NCBI RefSeq assembly: GCF_052425735.1
Contig: NC_135763.1
Span: 27,652,001-27,716,000, forward strand
Origin: Oculina patagonica
Taxonomy: Eukaryota
Direction of reading: 5' to 3'
Length of the DNA stretch: 64,000 nucleotides
How positions within the stretch are numbered: position 1 is the stretch's first letter; every line of letters begins with the position of its first letter. The position numbers and the translations under genes are program-made. This document shows, one piece after another, positions 11,382 to 23,377 of the stretch. The notes beneath the pieces were generated by a model, which was given only the letters and a program-made list of their open reading frames with translations, did not search any database and was not told the origin of the DNA.

Positions 11382-13255
11382 TTAAGCCCTTACTTTTGAA
11401 AGGCATCTATTTGTTAGATTATTTGAATTCAAACCATTCAGTTGTCAACAACGATCATGCACTTGGCTTGTGTCACTGTCGATTTATGTCTTTGTCATAT
11501 TTTTAGCGAAAAACCATCATTGCTTTCTAGACGAATTATGTTTATATATTTTGTCAGATTGGGACTATGTATGCAGTGGAAAGTCCACAGTACTAATTCT
11601 AAACTTAATTTTTGTCTTCAGTCAGGAAGTAGAAAATTGATCCTGGTACAGTGTAATATCATAAAATAACTGTAACAGTACTAGTACCTAAATAAAGGAG
11701 GCTTCGGCTACAAGAGTCAGTGAAATGCATCGTGTCCGGCCAAAGAGAGCCCAAAGAGGCACTCATAAAAAATTTTGAGTAAGATTTGGGAAATATAAAA
11801 TTTTTGACCACATTGATAGGCTGCACTGACACCTTACAAATGGCCCTAATGAAAACGGACAAATGAAATTTAATATTGTAATATTTAAAAATATCGGTGT
11901 GCTCGCTTGTTCACATTTGGTGGATATAAGTGTGGGCAACCAGGTACCATTGGAATAATTATTTGACTCTGCTCCTGCTCCAAACGTCTCACCCTCCAGA
12001 GTCCCAAACAACAGAATAAATTATGCACCCATCAGCAACATTTCATGCTCAACACAACGAACAAGAAAACAAAATTCACCTTTCTACAAGCCAGCTGCGA
12101 CTAGTGTTGAGCCTTCTTGTGTTGGTAAGAATATATCACTGGGATTAGCTGTTGAGGTGTCCCCATCCTTGCGGGTGTTCGCGCTAGTGGTCAGTTTTCT
12201 TCATATATTGTGTTCTAAATGGAATTGCTCACGATTCCCCATCGCATTCTGTGCGATATTTAGGACCCGGTCAAGCATGGAACAGACGTTACACGCTAGT
12301 CCCGGAAAGTTTATGTGTTATCCTATTCAGCTAAAAGTGAAAATTGTTGAAAAATTGGCTGATTCGCTGGAAAGAAAGCGATGATGGCAACAGATCTGTT
12401 GTGGTAAAATTGAAAGCATTACGAGTGGTCCATATGATGTATTATTGTGAACTAATTTTGAGGTGCCCAAAGATTAATGTCACAAACTGCCATTCTATTC
12501 GAGATTCAATGATTGTCTACATTGGGCATTGGAATCTGTCACCGAACATGATCAGAGCGTCATACCAACAATTATTTGGTAGATTAATGTTTTCGAAGCT
12601 GAACATTTGCCTGAATTCAGAATCATATATATAAAATACAGCTGCTCTTAGTGTTGACTTCTTAGACCTCGTTCGCAAATACAATAACGGTGGTCAATAG
12701 GAAACGTTAAAAAGCCAACAGAGAATCGGGAACATATCTTTACATACCTGACAACTGAATAGTAAACAATACCGGATCGAAGGACAAAGCATCAGTTGAA
12801 CTAACGATATTTATTATTCTTTGAAAATTGTTTTAAAGGTTTCTTTTGTTTTTTTGTATACTGAAAATGCAGCAATATACTATGGCAACACAGTAAGTCA
12901 AGTTGCTGTCATTTCCAAAAAAAGGCATTTTACAATTCGTTTTGTAATTGGTCTACGTTCAATTTCGGAACAAACTCGCAGATTAACAAAAGAAGAACAT
13001 CAAAGAGTTGTGATTGGCATTTCTCGGATACATTCATTGCCTTTTGATCTAATTTTTGACATATTTCCCTAGCGAAAAGCTGCATTTATTCAGATGGAAA
13101 GGAAGATAGACGTTTAAAAGGACAGATTGCTTCCAAAAGCTACTAATCTTCATGATACTCGAGGGAAAACACCTTTCGAGCAAACATGAGTGTGATTAGT
13201 AGAATTTTCCTAAACTCTCACGGCGTGGCTTGAGCTAAACACACGAAGAGTTGAA

Positions 13256-14407
13256 ATGGAAAACTTCACTATCAGCCTAAGTGTGAACAACAGTGTCCAA
13301 AAAAGCATCGCTTTAACAGACAATCCATGTAATACATTCACTAACAGCATCGCTTTAAAGGCACTCATGGCCATTGCCTACATTGTCATTATGGGTACTT
13401 CCATCGTCGGGAACACGATATTAGCATTCGTCTATTACAAGAGCAAAAACATGAAGAATACCGTCAACTGTTGCATCATGAACATGGTATTCGCAGACCT
13501 GCTCTTGACGTTTGTCTACATGCCGCGAATGGTGAGCCGAATTTTTTTCGGACTTGAATGGATGGTCGAAGGAACGCTAGGACTTGTACTTTGCAAAATT
13601 GTGTCTTTATCCCAAGAAATTTCAATCTGTGTCTCGATTTTAACAGTTGTCGTCATCGCCTTTGAGAGGTTCTTTGCTGTGGCGTTTCCATTACGAGTGG
13701 TCATCTCGAAGAAGCTCTCCATTGGCTTGTTATGCGGCACTTGGCTGGTCTCACTAGCGGTTCGATCTCCCATGTTTTACGGTGTTAAAACGGTTCGTGT
13801 CAAATCTGGTGAACTTGGCTGCGTTTGGTTTCCCAATCTAATCTTTCAAACGGAAGAAGCAAGAAAGTTTTACCATGGGTTTATCATCGTTATATTTTAT
13901 GGGCTTCCTCTTTTATGCATAATCTCATTATACACCACTATCGTGATATTTTTAAGGCGACGACAAGCCCTAATTGATAACATGACAAGAGACCGCGCTT
14001 TAGCCACCAACAAAAAGGTCACCAAGATGATCCTTGCAGTCATTTCAGCATTTCTGCTCTGTTGGATGCCGTATTTTCTAGTTATGCTGCTAAAAGAATT
14101 CTGGAAGGTGACCATTCCTTGCAAGGTTCATTTCGTACGATTTTTTCTCGGTCACGTTAACAGCGCCTGCAACCCAATTATCTGTTTAGTGTTTAGCGAG
14201 AATTATCGGAATGGTATAAAAAACAGAAATAGGCGACTGAGATGGAAACGGCCAGGGAGGTATATTTTGCGTGTGAATTCGTCAAGAGATCGTTCAAGAT
14301 CTAACATCGAGTTGCTGACTGTAAGAATATTAGAACTTGACGACAGTATTCAACATTTTCGGGGAACCCTTAATCCAAGTTTCCAATACGACGAAACCCG
14401 TCTTTAG
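13256..14407 (+). CDS. Class A (rhodopsin-like) GPCR, peptide-receptor-like (QRFP/RFamide/tachykinin receptor-like group)
   Basis: 383-aa ORF with 7 hydrophobic segments; GN (TM1), NMVFADL (TM2), LCK, ERF (TM3), CWMP (TM6), NPIIC (TM7). Confidence 0.92.
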   Translation: MENFTISLSVNNSVQKSIALTDNPCNTFTNSIALKALMAIAYIVIMGTSIVGNTILAFVYYKSKNMKNTVNCCIMNMVFADLLLTFVYMPRMVSRIFFGLEWMVEGTLGLVLCKIVSLSQEISICVSILTVVVIAFERFFAVAFPLRVVISKKLSIGLLCGTWLVSLAVRSPMFYGVKTVRVKSGELGCVWFPNLIFQTEEARKFYHGFIIVIFYGLPLLCIISLYTTIVIFLRRRQALIDNMTRDRALATNKKVTKMILAVISAFLLCWMPYFLVMLLKEFWKVTIPCKVHFVRFFLGHVNSACNPIICLVFSENYRNGIKNRNRRLRWKRPGRYILRVNSSRDRSRSNIELLTVRILELDDSIQHFRGTLNPSFQYDETRL

Positions 14408-15701
14408 TTTAATTTCGGAGTAGTCATGTAATATATGTTTTGCAGTTTAGAAAGAATTTCAGGACAAAAATATTTCAAACTATATTTTAATTTGTACTTT
14501 CCTTCGTTCCAGATTTTGCATCCTTCAACATTATAATCCATCATTTTGACCTGAAATTTATTTTAAACGAAAACATACACACAGGTATCTTGAGTTAGTA
14601 TAGTTGAGGGTAGAGCAGGAACTTTAGGATTTACGTGAAATTAAAGGAGGTTAAAGGTGGATAAACCAATCTTTTATGCGTAAATGTGCCAGGTGTGTAA
14701 ATGTGGCTTTTATGTTAAATGTGACAGGTGTAAAGACGTCCCATTACCCTGCCTTTAAACTTGAGTGCAATGCTGGCACAGAGGTCAGCTTTAAAAAATG
14801 TAAAGTTAGCGTGAAGCTGATTTAATTCCAAATTTACGCCAGCTTTACTTGAGCTTTACACCACAGTAAAGTTTTCTTTTCAAAAAAAAGTTATGTAGAA
14901 TAGAAACAAAAAAGAACAATGTGAATAAATGTATTAAAAGATTTAGCGAGGTTTGCGCTTTAAAAATGTGTTTAACACGAACAGCGTTTACTGCATGATG
15001 GGTGGTGTTTGCCAAATCCGTCAGCCCCGCTGAGAGCATCGACACGGCTGTCCGACTCGCGTTTGTCGCTTATACAGCGTGGTGGATCCTCATTGACGCA
15101 AATTTTTGAAGAGCTGTCAACCCAAATTACTTGAGAGCCTTACAAAAGTCAGCCTTGTCACGTCCTATGACACATGAGGCCTTACACAGGTGTGCTAGTA
15201 ACTATGGAAGACAATTCATCATTCTTCCAATGTCACTGGTTTATTTCTGACATTTTGTGGATTTATTGTGTGATATGAGACAAAGGACAATAGTTCGATT
15301 TAAATTCCTCCTCGGTTTTCTCCGTAACATTTTACACTACTTCTCTATAACATTCTATTCTTCTTCTCTAATATCAGATACAGTACAGCAAGGCGCCCAA
15401 AAGTTTCTTTTTTTTTTATTCTCTTTTTTTCGTTTTTATCATTTTTTTTTTTTTTTTTTTTATTTAAATATTTAAAATTAACAGACATGTAGTAAAACCT
15501 ATGATTAAGAATCTATTGGCTAAAAATTGACACTCGTCAAACAAACGCCTGTTAATTGAGCCGTAGTAACTTTGAATATATTTTGTGTTTGGGCAATAAG
15601 TAGGATTTTTCACAATATCAAGTTGTCTGTTACTGTATTAGATTAACAGTGGCACAAGGCTGAAGAAAATCACCTCTTCGGTGAATTTGTAAAAGTTTGT
15701 A

Positions 15702-15876
15702 CAGTTAAATCTCGATAACTCGAACCCTCAGTAACTCGAACCTCCCGCTAAATTGAACCTTTTTCGATACCCCTCCAGGTCTTTTTCTTACTAACTGTAC
15801 CCTCGATAACTCGAACTCCCGTTATCTCGAACCTTCGGGATTTCCCTTGAAAGTTCGAGTTATCGGGATTCAACTG
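15702..15876. mobile_element. Tc1/mariner-pogo-type MITE
   Basis: TA|cagttaaatctcgataactcgaac ... gttcgagttatcgggattcaactg|TA, with internal taactcgaac repeats. Confidence 0.8.
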
Positions 15877-17525
15877 TATTTGCATTATATTAAAGAACAA
15901 AGCCGTATCAACAGGTTCTGCCGGACTTGTCAAAGCAAGGTCTAACTGAGCAGGGCCTAGTCGTTAGGGTGTAATCATCAATCGGGAAAAAAAATGTATA
16001 TTGTCTTTTTGTTTCCTTTTTTGAATTTCACCCAAAAATGGCTTCATTTTCCCTTCTTTTCGGGAAATAGTCCCGGGCCTGATGAAAACGTAGATGTTAA
16101 GACTGGACTTAAAACAGCTTTGTGTATTTACAACAACATAAAAAATGCAACTCTTCGGTACAAAGGTTATGTATTGTTTTAATTTTGTACATTTAAGTCC
16201 TGAAAATCTAGATGCTAAACGCGCTGATTGCTCAATACATTTTCCAGAGGGGTGGTTTCCATGGCAACCAGTCTGACGAAAGTTAATATGTTTGTTATTG
16301 TATCTGATAAAAAAAGAGCAATTCCTGAGTTATGGTGATCAACCAATATCGAATATCGCCTGCGTAGACTAAATTATTTTCATATAAAGGCTTTTTAGAG
16401 TGATATTGCTAAATAGAAGTCGAATTGTTCTAAATGACACAAAACTGATACACCTGTTAACTGAATAAACACAAGTTGGTCGAAGCGCAGCCCCGAAGCT
16501 TCCGTGAACAAATACTGTAAATGAGACAAAGGCCGAAGTATAAATAGAAAGCATACAGAAAGAACACAAAGTGTCATATAAAATAAACACGTGTGTGAGA
16601 ACTAGATTGTGATCTTTTAGCAACTTAAAAGATGACAAACAGATTTCTTTCATTTTAAAACTAAAGCGATTATGACGAATTTGACATTTTCCACTTAACA
16701 AAAGCCTTTGGCTCCTATTAAGGGCGGCTTGCGGAACATATCGCTCTGTATAAAGTACACATGGATTTTTATTTATTTGGCGTTGTAAAATACAGCTCAT
16801 TTTTTAATGACGTTTATTCCGGATTTCTTGCAAGAGCTACAGTGCATGTAAGCGGCCATACAGAGTGCTTCTAATAGTGGATTCTACACTTTGGAAGCCA
16901 GAACTTACTGAGTTCTATACTGCCGAGGAGAGAAACTCAGAAAACGAAGAAGAGTTAAAGGTAAAAGAGTTGTAGTGTTTTAAACATGTAAGTGGCTTAG
17001 TTTTTTAGTAGATTTTTTTTTCAGGAGATGTTTGGCAAATTGCGACGACATTATTGGAATCTCTTTGTCCTGTTTTTCGTTTTTAAAAATAGAAAAAATC
17101 TAGTTTTAAAAACTATTTATTTTGGTTCCTTAAAAAGGGTCATTTCGTTTTCATGTTAATTTTGTTATCTGATTTGTCGTGCAAGCCTCAAAGCAATGGT
17201 ATCAGCAACACCTTGGTAATTACTTTTATGAAAAAATTGGCTACTGTGGCGTTTTTTGGATATACTTTTCCGTGGTGTTATTTATCATGTCAAAAAAAAT
17301 ATGTTTAAAAGATGAAATTAATTTTCGTATAAACTGAATTTTATTTACATGTATGTACGTGTAGTTAGAGCGAACTGTTAAGTTTGAAAGCAAACATGTA
17401 TTGCGTAAGATCAACCTTATTCCATTTTTTCTTTTCTTTTTGACAGCTTTCGTCAAATAAAAAGAAGAAGGAAATACACCTGTTTAGAAACAACGCTGAA
17501 TACAAAGTAACCAATTTCCCCGATC

Positions 17526-18755
17526 ATGGATGAAAATTTTACCACAAACTCCACTCCGCTGGCTATGGTCCGCCGCAAGGCATTTATAATATGCTTCGAG
17601 TCTGACCATCTTGCTATCAAGACTAGCCGAGTGCTGGCCTACACGATAATTCTACTTATCTCACTGACTGGGAACACGTTGGTTATTGGAGTTTTGTGGC
17701 AAGACCGAAAGATGAGGAAACCAGTGAATTATCTCATAGCAAATATGGCGGCCACGGACTTGGCAATAACTGTGGCGTATATGCCACGAATGATTTCATC
17801 GGTAACACGAAGCTATCAGTGGCTAGTCGGAGGGACAACGGGCCTGGCTCTTTGCAAGACAGTTCCTACAATCCACTTGGTATCAATTAAAGTGTCCATT
17901 CTAACTCTGGTATTTCTAAGCGTCGAGAGATATCTAGCTGTTTCAGCGTTCGCGGGTAACAAGCTTACGGTTCGCAGAGTCAAGATCATTATCTTCTTGG
18001 TTTGGCTGACGTCTTTTGCTGTTCACGTGCCGAACATGTATGCCCTGAAACTAACCCCGGGTAAGAAAGGAGCCTTAATTTGCCGCGCGTATCTTAACAA
18101 ATTCTTTGGAAGCTCAGAGGGCAGAAAAATCTACGATAACGTCTTGGCAGCGACATTTTATGCCCTCCCTCTGCTATTAATTGTCGTCCTCTATTCACTG
18201 GCTGCGATTAAGTTGAAAAGAAGGAATGTTCCCAGGGGAAATGCAGACGCGAACGGTCACAGAACACGCAAAGAGAAAATGAACGCCAACGTGTTTAAAA
18301 TGTTGTTCGCCGTGACACTGGCATTTATTGCTTGCTGGCTTAGTTATTTCATCATGCGAAAAGGGATTATCGGGATTACAATCTCGTGCAACCTTCAATT
18401 CATTCGATATTTCTTCGCGCACGCCAATAGCGCCATTACGCCTTGCCTTTACATCATATTTAGCCAAAAGTACCGCAGTTGTTTCAAGAGCATCTTGAAG
18501 CGCCTGGCTGGACGTGTTCCAGCTCGAGTGCGCAGTGGTACGGCCCTGTCCCTGATATCACAGTCTGCAACGAACGTCGNNNNNNNNNNNNNNNNNNNNN
18601 NNNNNNNNNNNNNNNNNNNNNNNNNNNNNNNNNNNNNNNNNNNNNNNNNNNNNNNNNNNNNNNNNNNNNNNNNNNNNNNNNNNNNNNNNNNNNNNNNNNN
18701 NNNNNNNNNNNNAGATTCAGATTGGAGGAGACGATCACAGCCTACTGAAAAATAA
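17526..18755 (+). CDS. Class A GPCR, paralogue of 13256-14407; C-terminal tail interrupted by an N-gap, so the true stop is uncertain
   Basis: 7TM ORF with GNT, NMAATDL, YMPRMxS and WxVxGTxGLxLCK shared with the neighbour, plus ERY, CWLSY and TPCLY. Gap at 18580-18712. Confidence 0.9.
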   Translation: MDENFTTNSTPLAMVRRKAFIICFESDHLAIKTSRVLAYTIILLISLTGNTLVIGVLWQDRKMRKPVNYLIANMAATDLAITVAYMPRMISSVTRSYQWLVGGTTGLALCKTVPTIHLVSIKVSILTLVFLSVERYLAVSAFAGNKLTVRRVKIIIFLVWLTSFAVHVPNMYALKLTPGKKGALICRAYLNKFFGSSEGRKIYDNVLAATFYALPLLLIVVLYSLAAIKLKRRNVPRGNADANGHRTRKEKMNANVFKMLFAVTLAFIACWLSYFIMRKGIIGITISCNLQFIRYFFAHANSAITPCLYIIFSQKYRSCFKSILKRLAGRVPARVRSGTALSLISQSATNVXXXXXXXXXXXXXXXXXXXXXXXXXXXXXXXXXXXXXXXXXXXXXDSDWRRRSQPTEK

Positions 18756-19909
18756 ACGCATGTACAGAACTGAAAAACACCACAGGCCAAAAGTTCAGAA
18801 GGTCATGCTAGTGGGCGTAACACTGAACGCGGGTTAAATTATTGGCTTATTAGTCGACAGTAGGGCTGTAGTTGTACGGTTAGGTTCCCAAGGCTTTTTT
18901 TTGGCATGCCTCTGTGTTTCTGGTTTTTATGCATAGCTAACCCCATAGCTGCTTCACTTGTTACAGAAGGAACCCAAATCACAGAAGCATATCAATTAAA
19001 ACGAGGAACTAAAAGAATGTTATAGTTATAAGATGTACCTTCTGTGACATTGCTCCTTTAAAATTTTGAGATCGACAAATGTAATTTCTGAGGATTGAGT
19101 GACATCACCAATTATTATTCTGACGGCACGATTGTGAGGTTCGCGGGTTGTGATGGGATTTTCACGACATACTTGGTCGTTTGGCGGGAAATTTTGGTCA
19201 CTTTTCGTCTTCGGCCGCTTTCCTTTTCCTATTGAATTTCTGTAACGGCTTTCGTAAATAATTTTAAGTGTGTTTGCTTATTTAGATGCACCCTTTCCAA
19301 GGGGTCTCGTGCTGCTGTATTAGATGGGGAATAGATGTTCTCGTATTTTTTTTTTTGCCCACTTCTCAAAGATGTTTTTAATTCTTAAATGCGATATTCG
19401 TTTTTTGCAAGGGACAGATTTTTGTTAATTAAAATGCATTTTGTATCAGATGACTGACTGACGCATCATCAATAACCTTTCACATCGAATGTCTCGTGTT
19501 AGTGTAGTCAGAATGATGGCGGGGGAAATGCCGCAGGGATGTGGACGAGGTTAGAATAACAACTGAAACGCTTGGACACTTGTAAACGACTTCTTCACTA
19601 TATTTCAAATATAATTAAATTAAGATATTTATTGTGAAAACAATTAGAGTATACATGTAGCAAGTATAAAAAGGGTACTAGCTTTTATTATAATCCAGTA
19701 AATGCATGTACGTGTATAGAAATGGTCAGTTCCACAAGATATGTTTGTTATAATATAAGATAAATAGTTTCCAGATGTCTTTTAAGTTACATAAGTGTTT
19801 GAGTTAAATCCAATGTCGCATGATGTCAACCCTGGTGTGGAAACCAAACCGTATTTTAATTCTCTGCAAGAATATTTAACTGTATGCATTTTAATGATTA
19901 TATGATATA

Positions 19910-22900
19910 TCAGCTTTGAGTAGCTCTTCTTTCTTTGCGAAGTTGATATCTTTTCTTCCCTGCCTCGAAACGTTTCCTTTCCTCGTCGGTCTGTAGTTCC
20001 AGAGGAGAAACAGCCTGAGGTCTTCTATTGTCATCCAGGGACACATAAGTAAAAAATGCACTGCACGCCCTTACACTGTTGTCTGAAAGTTGAATGGTTT
20101 AAAATTTTCATTAATCGAAGACAAAATACAACGACAATTAATCAATCAGTAAAAACTCTAAGTCACTGCAAAACGTGACAGTTATTATTTATCCTTCAAC
20201 TAAAGATCGTATTGACCCTTATTTACCTCATATTATAAGAGCTACATTAAGAGCAACGCGACTTGAAAAAATTGGAAAATTTTCTCGTTTCAATTATCTC
20301 TTTAATCTTGGTCAGTTGAAACCATCTATGTTTATTTCGACGTTTGTTTAATCACTTTGGTGATTTTCTATGATAGAAAACTGTTATTTTTGAGGTTTTT
20401 GAGGTTTCATTGAATTTAAAACTAATCAGAAAAAAATGATTTAAAATACCGTGGCATAGTTCTTTTAATTTAACTTATTTTAGTACGAGATGTAGTTTTG
20501 GGTACATCTTTAACTAATTAACAAAGGTCCTTTTGCAATTTAACAAATAGATTCCATTTTGCCATGCGTTTGTTCAGTTATCGATCACAGGAGACATCAA
20601 AATACGGTAAGAACATCAGTGACCTACTTGCCTGGTGTCTCGTGGGGCATTTTCTTGTTCTTACCCCATTTTGAAGTCATCTGTAGTCTATAACTACACT
20701 GTGAACAGACGCATGGCAAAATGGAATCTACTTGTTTTATACACTAACTGAAGACTTCTCTACTACAGCAAAGTCATACACGTGGTATCTCTGTTATTGT
20801 AGAAATTGTCAAGATAACACTCATTGTCTGTAAAACAATTTCCCCACAAAAATTACGTCCAGTAGTTATTTCTCCATCATGGAACTTCCTTAATTTCCAA
20901 TATTGTGAAGTCTGTTATCTCCACAACATGTTTGGAAAATAGCTTTCTCAGCATTTTCCTACAGTGTATATGGGTAGAATAAAGAGTAAACTTCTCCAAA
21001 AGTGGCTTATCCATAGAGCTTATAAGGCATAAAGCAACTTGGAGCTACATACAAAACACTTAGATGAGAAACAATCAGTGAGAAACTTTACCTGCAAGAT
21101 AGTCCTTAGCATCTACAACAACTTCTATTTCCATTGACTTGCTGCTTGTGAAAGTTACCCGGCCAGTCAGGTGTATAATATGACCAAGCTTAACAGGTGC
21201 ATGGAAGTCAATTGCATCTGTAATAACAATCAATGTGTGTACAGTAAAATTCAGAGCTTGCCCGATGGCGATGATGTGTCTAAAAGTTGGCCAAGAACAC
21301 AACAAAAACTAATGACCCAATCAAAGTTTACACTGAGATGGTCTTATTAGGAGTCAAACAATGCCATAACAGTGTCTCATATGGCTGGAGCATGTCCAGG
21401 GCTTGAGACTAACTTTTTAACTCACTGGTTTACTGGCTAGTGACATGTCAGATTTTACTAGCCAAAAGTAATTTTTCACTAGTCAGGTATATTGATTTCT
21501 ATCAAGAACAGTTGACTTTTCCCAGTTTTTCACTAGCCAAATGGCTAGTAGGAATGCTAAACCTGGTAGCCAAAACCTAAATTTTAGTAGCCTTTGGCTA
21601 GTTGGCCCTGATGTCCCAGTTTCCACAGGAGGTACTCAACTCTAACAAATTCACCACACCTTTACAATGTACCTAGGTGGGATGACTTAACAAAGAATTA
21701 TAAAAGCTGAATACTGACATAGGGACCAATCATTTCAATGGAAAGTATACATGTAATTGTTATACATATACAGTACATTGTATAGTGCTCCAAGCTGCAT
21801 ACTCACAATGTAACGCTTTTTTTGGAGAAAAAAAAAATGTTCTCTCATTAATTTTCTAAAGAACAACTATAAGTTTTTGCCTATCAGTCTGCACTCAAAG
21901 GCTGTAGACTGCTAGCCACAAGTTTATAGTTTTTTTTAGAAGAAAAAATGTTTTTTAGCTTTTAATGCTAGGGGGAAGGCAACACTCATATGAAAGGGCC
22001 AGGGATGCTCGTCAGAAAACTTGATTACAATGTACAAGTAAACCCCTAAAGGAAACCAATCTGGGTTTGGCTCAAACTTTTGCTGTTTTGAACACTTAAA
22101 GAAATTATTTTTTCTAGCCTGATCAGTTAAGGCAACCAATCCAGATAAACATGTCATATTGAGTTTCTGTCCTGGACACCCTTACCAATTGATGCTGTAA
22201 CAACATTGCTTTTACAATGTCTAAATGCCACAATTCCTGCCACTTCATCCATCATTTTCATAGTTATTCCTCCAAGTACAAAGCCAGTACTTGTACAGTC
22301 TGATGGCTGCACTGAGTGGATCAAGGATGATTGTGAGTTTGATACACTGTAGCGAGAAACATTCACTCCATCTGTATTAACCAGTGGAGAAATTGTGTCA
22401 CTGCTGAGTGGAGTCTGTAAAGACATAAAGATGGAAGACTCATCTTTGGTTATAATAAATGGACGATTGAACTCAATTTGTATGCACATTCTAGTCCTAC
22501 CATACCAGTAGTATTCACAATAGGTAAACAATTTTACATGCATGTAACAAGACTTACAACACTTACAATGTACATGTACAGTCACAGACAATCCTCCTTA
22601 AACCCCACTGTTGGGGTCAGCGAGCCAGGGGGCGGGGGACGGGCGGCCCCCCACCCCACAGCAGCCGCGGGGGGGGGCCCGGGGGAATGGGGGGTGGGGC
22701 TGGGGGGTGGGAGGGGGTTGGATCTTAAATGATGTAGAACAGTACAGTCGTACCTCCTTTAAATGTTCCTCTTTATCCAGCCTGGCTCTCTTCTGCCTCT
22801 CGTAGCGCGCCCTTCCTCTCTCTTCCTCTTCTTTGGTCGAATACTCAAGCGCTGGTACCTCCGGTATGACTTTCAGATCAGACCCCCACAAAACCGGAAC

Positions 22901-23290
22901 ATACCAAAGCGAGGCACGATTTGTCAGCCGACGATTTCCAGTGACAAGGTTCTCCGCCCAGACAAACGCTTTTACTTCTAAAGATCGTTTCGACGCGTAG
23001 CCTAGCTCGACGTGAACCTGTGCGACTTCTCCAATGTACATTGGCTGTAAAAAGTCTGTTCTTTCCACACGTGCTAAAGCAGCGATGACAGGTTCATCCT
23101 TGCTTCGATTCTTATTACAGTGGCGTGTTGCGATTATAAAACCTCCTTCCTCGATCAGTTTCAATACCGTACCACCGTGAACATTCCCTGCAATGTTTGC
23201 ATCATCTGGATGCATAAGCCGGCAAACTTCGATTGATCCGCGAGAAATAGGATCTTCGACTTCCATTGAGGACGACTTTGCCGCCATCAT
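19910..23290 (-). CDS. ACOT7: Cytosolic acyl-CoA thioesterase 7 (double hotdog fold), 354 aa
   Basis: Exons 23290-22754, 22414-22186, 21217-21092 and 20082-19910 (phases 0,1,1; 1065 nt). Motifs RLMHPDDANIAGNVHGGTVLKLIEE, GGITMKMMDEVAGIVAFRHCKSNVVTASIDAIDF, GRVTFTSSKSMEIEV, AFFTYVSLD and EERKRFEAGKKRY match ACOT7. Confidence 0.95.
20542..20736. mobile_element. Palindromic MITE in ACOT7 intron 3
   Basis: aacaaatagattccattttgccatgcgtttgttca ... tgaacagacgcatggcaaaatggaatctacttgtt. Confidence 0.75.
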
Positions 23291-23377
23291 TGTTTTCTGT
23301 ATCCGCGATCTGGGACCAGCGGTTACAGCGTTTGCTCACGCGTACTGCTCAACTCGGACGGAAGTCAACATGGCGGC
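23280..23377. promoter_or_regulatory. Putative bidirectional promoter shared by ACOT7 and SZRD1
   Basis: Divergent ATGs 79 bp apart in a CpG-rich patch. ETS-like CGGAAGT at 23359-23365; YY1-like ATGGCGGC at both starts. Confidence 0.65.

Noticed and set aside
22598-22753. Pro/Gly-rich C-terminal extension of the 230-aa ACOT7 ORF
   Set aside because: Read-through into intron 1 past the GAG|gtacga donor; the G/C-run sequence looks low quality.
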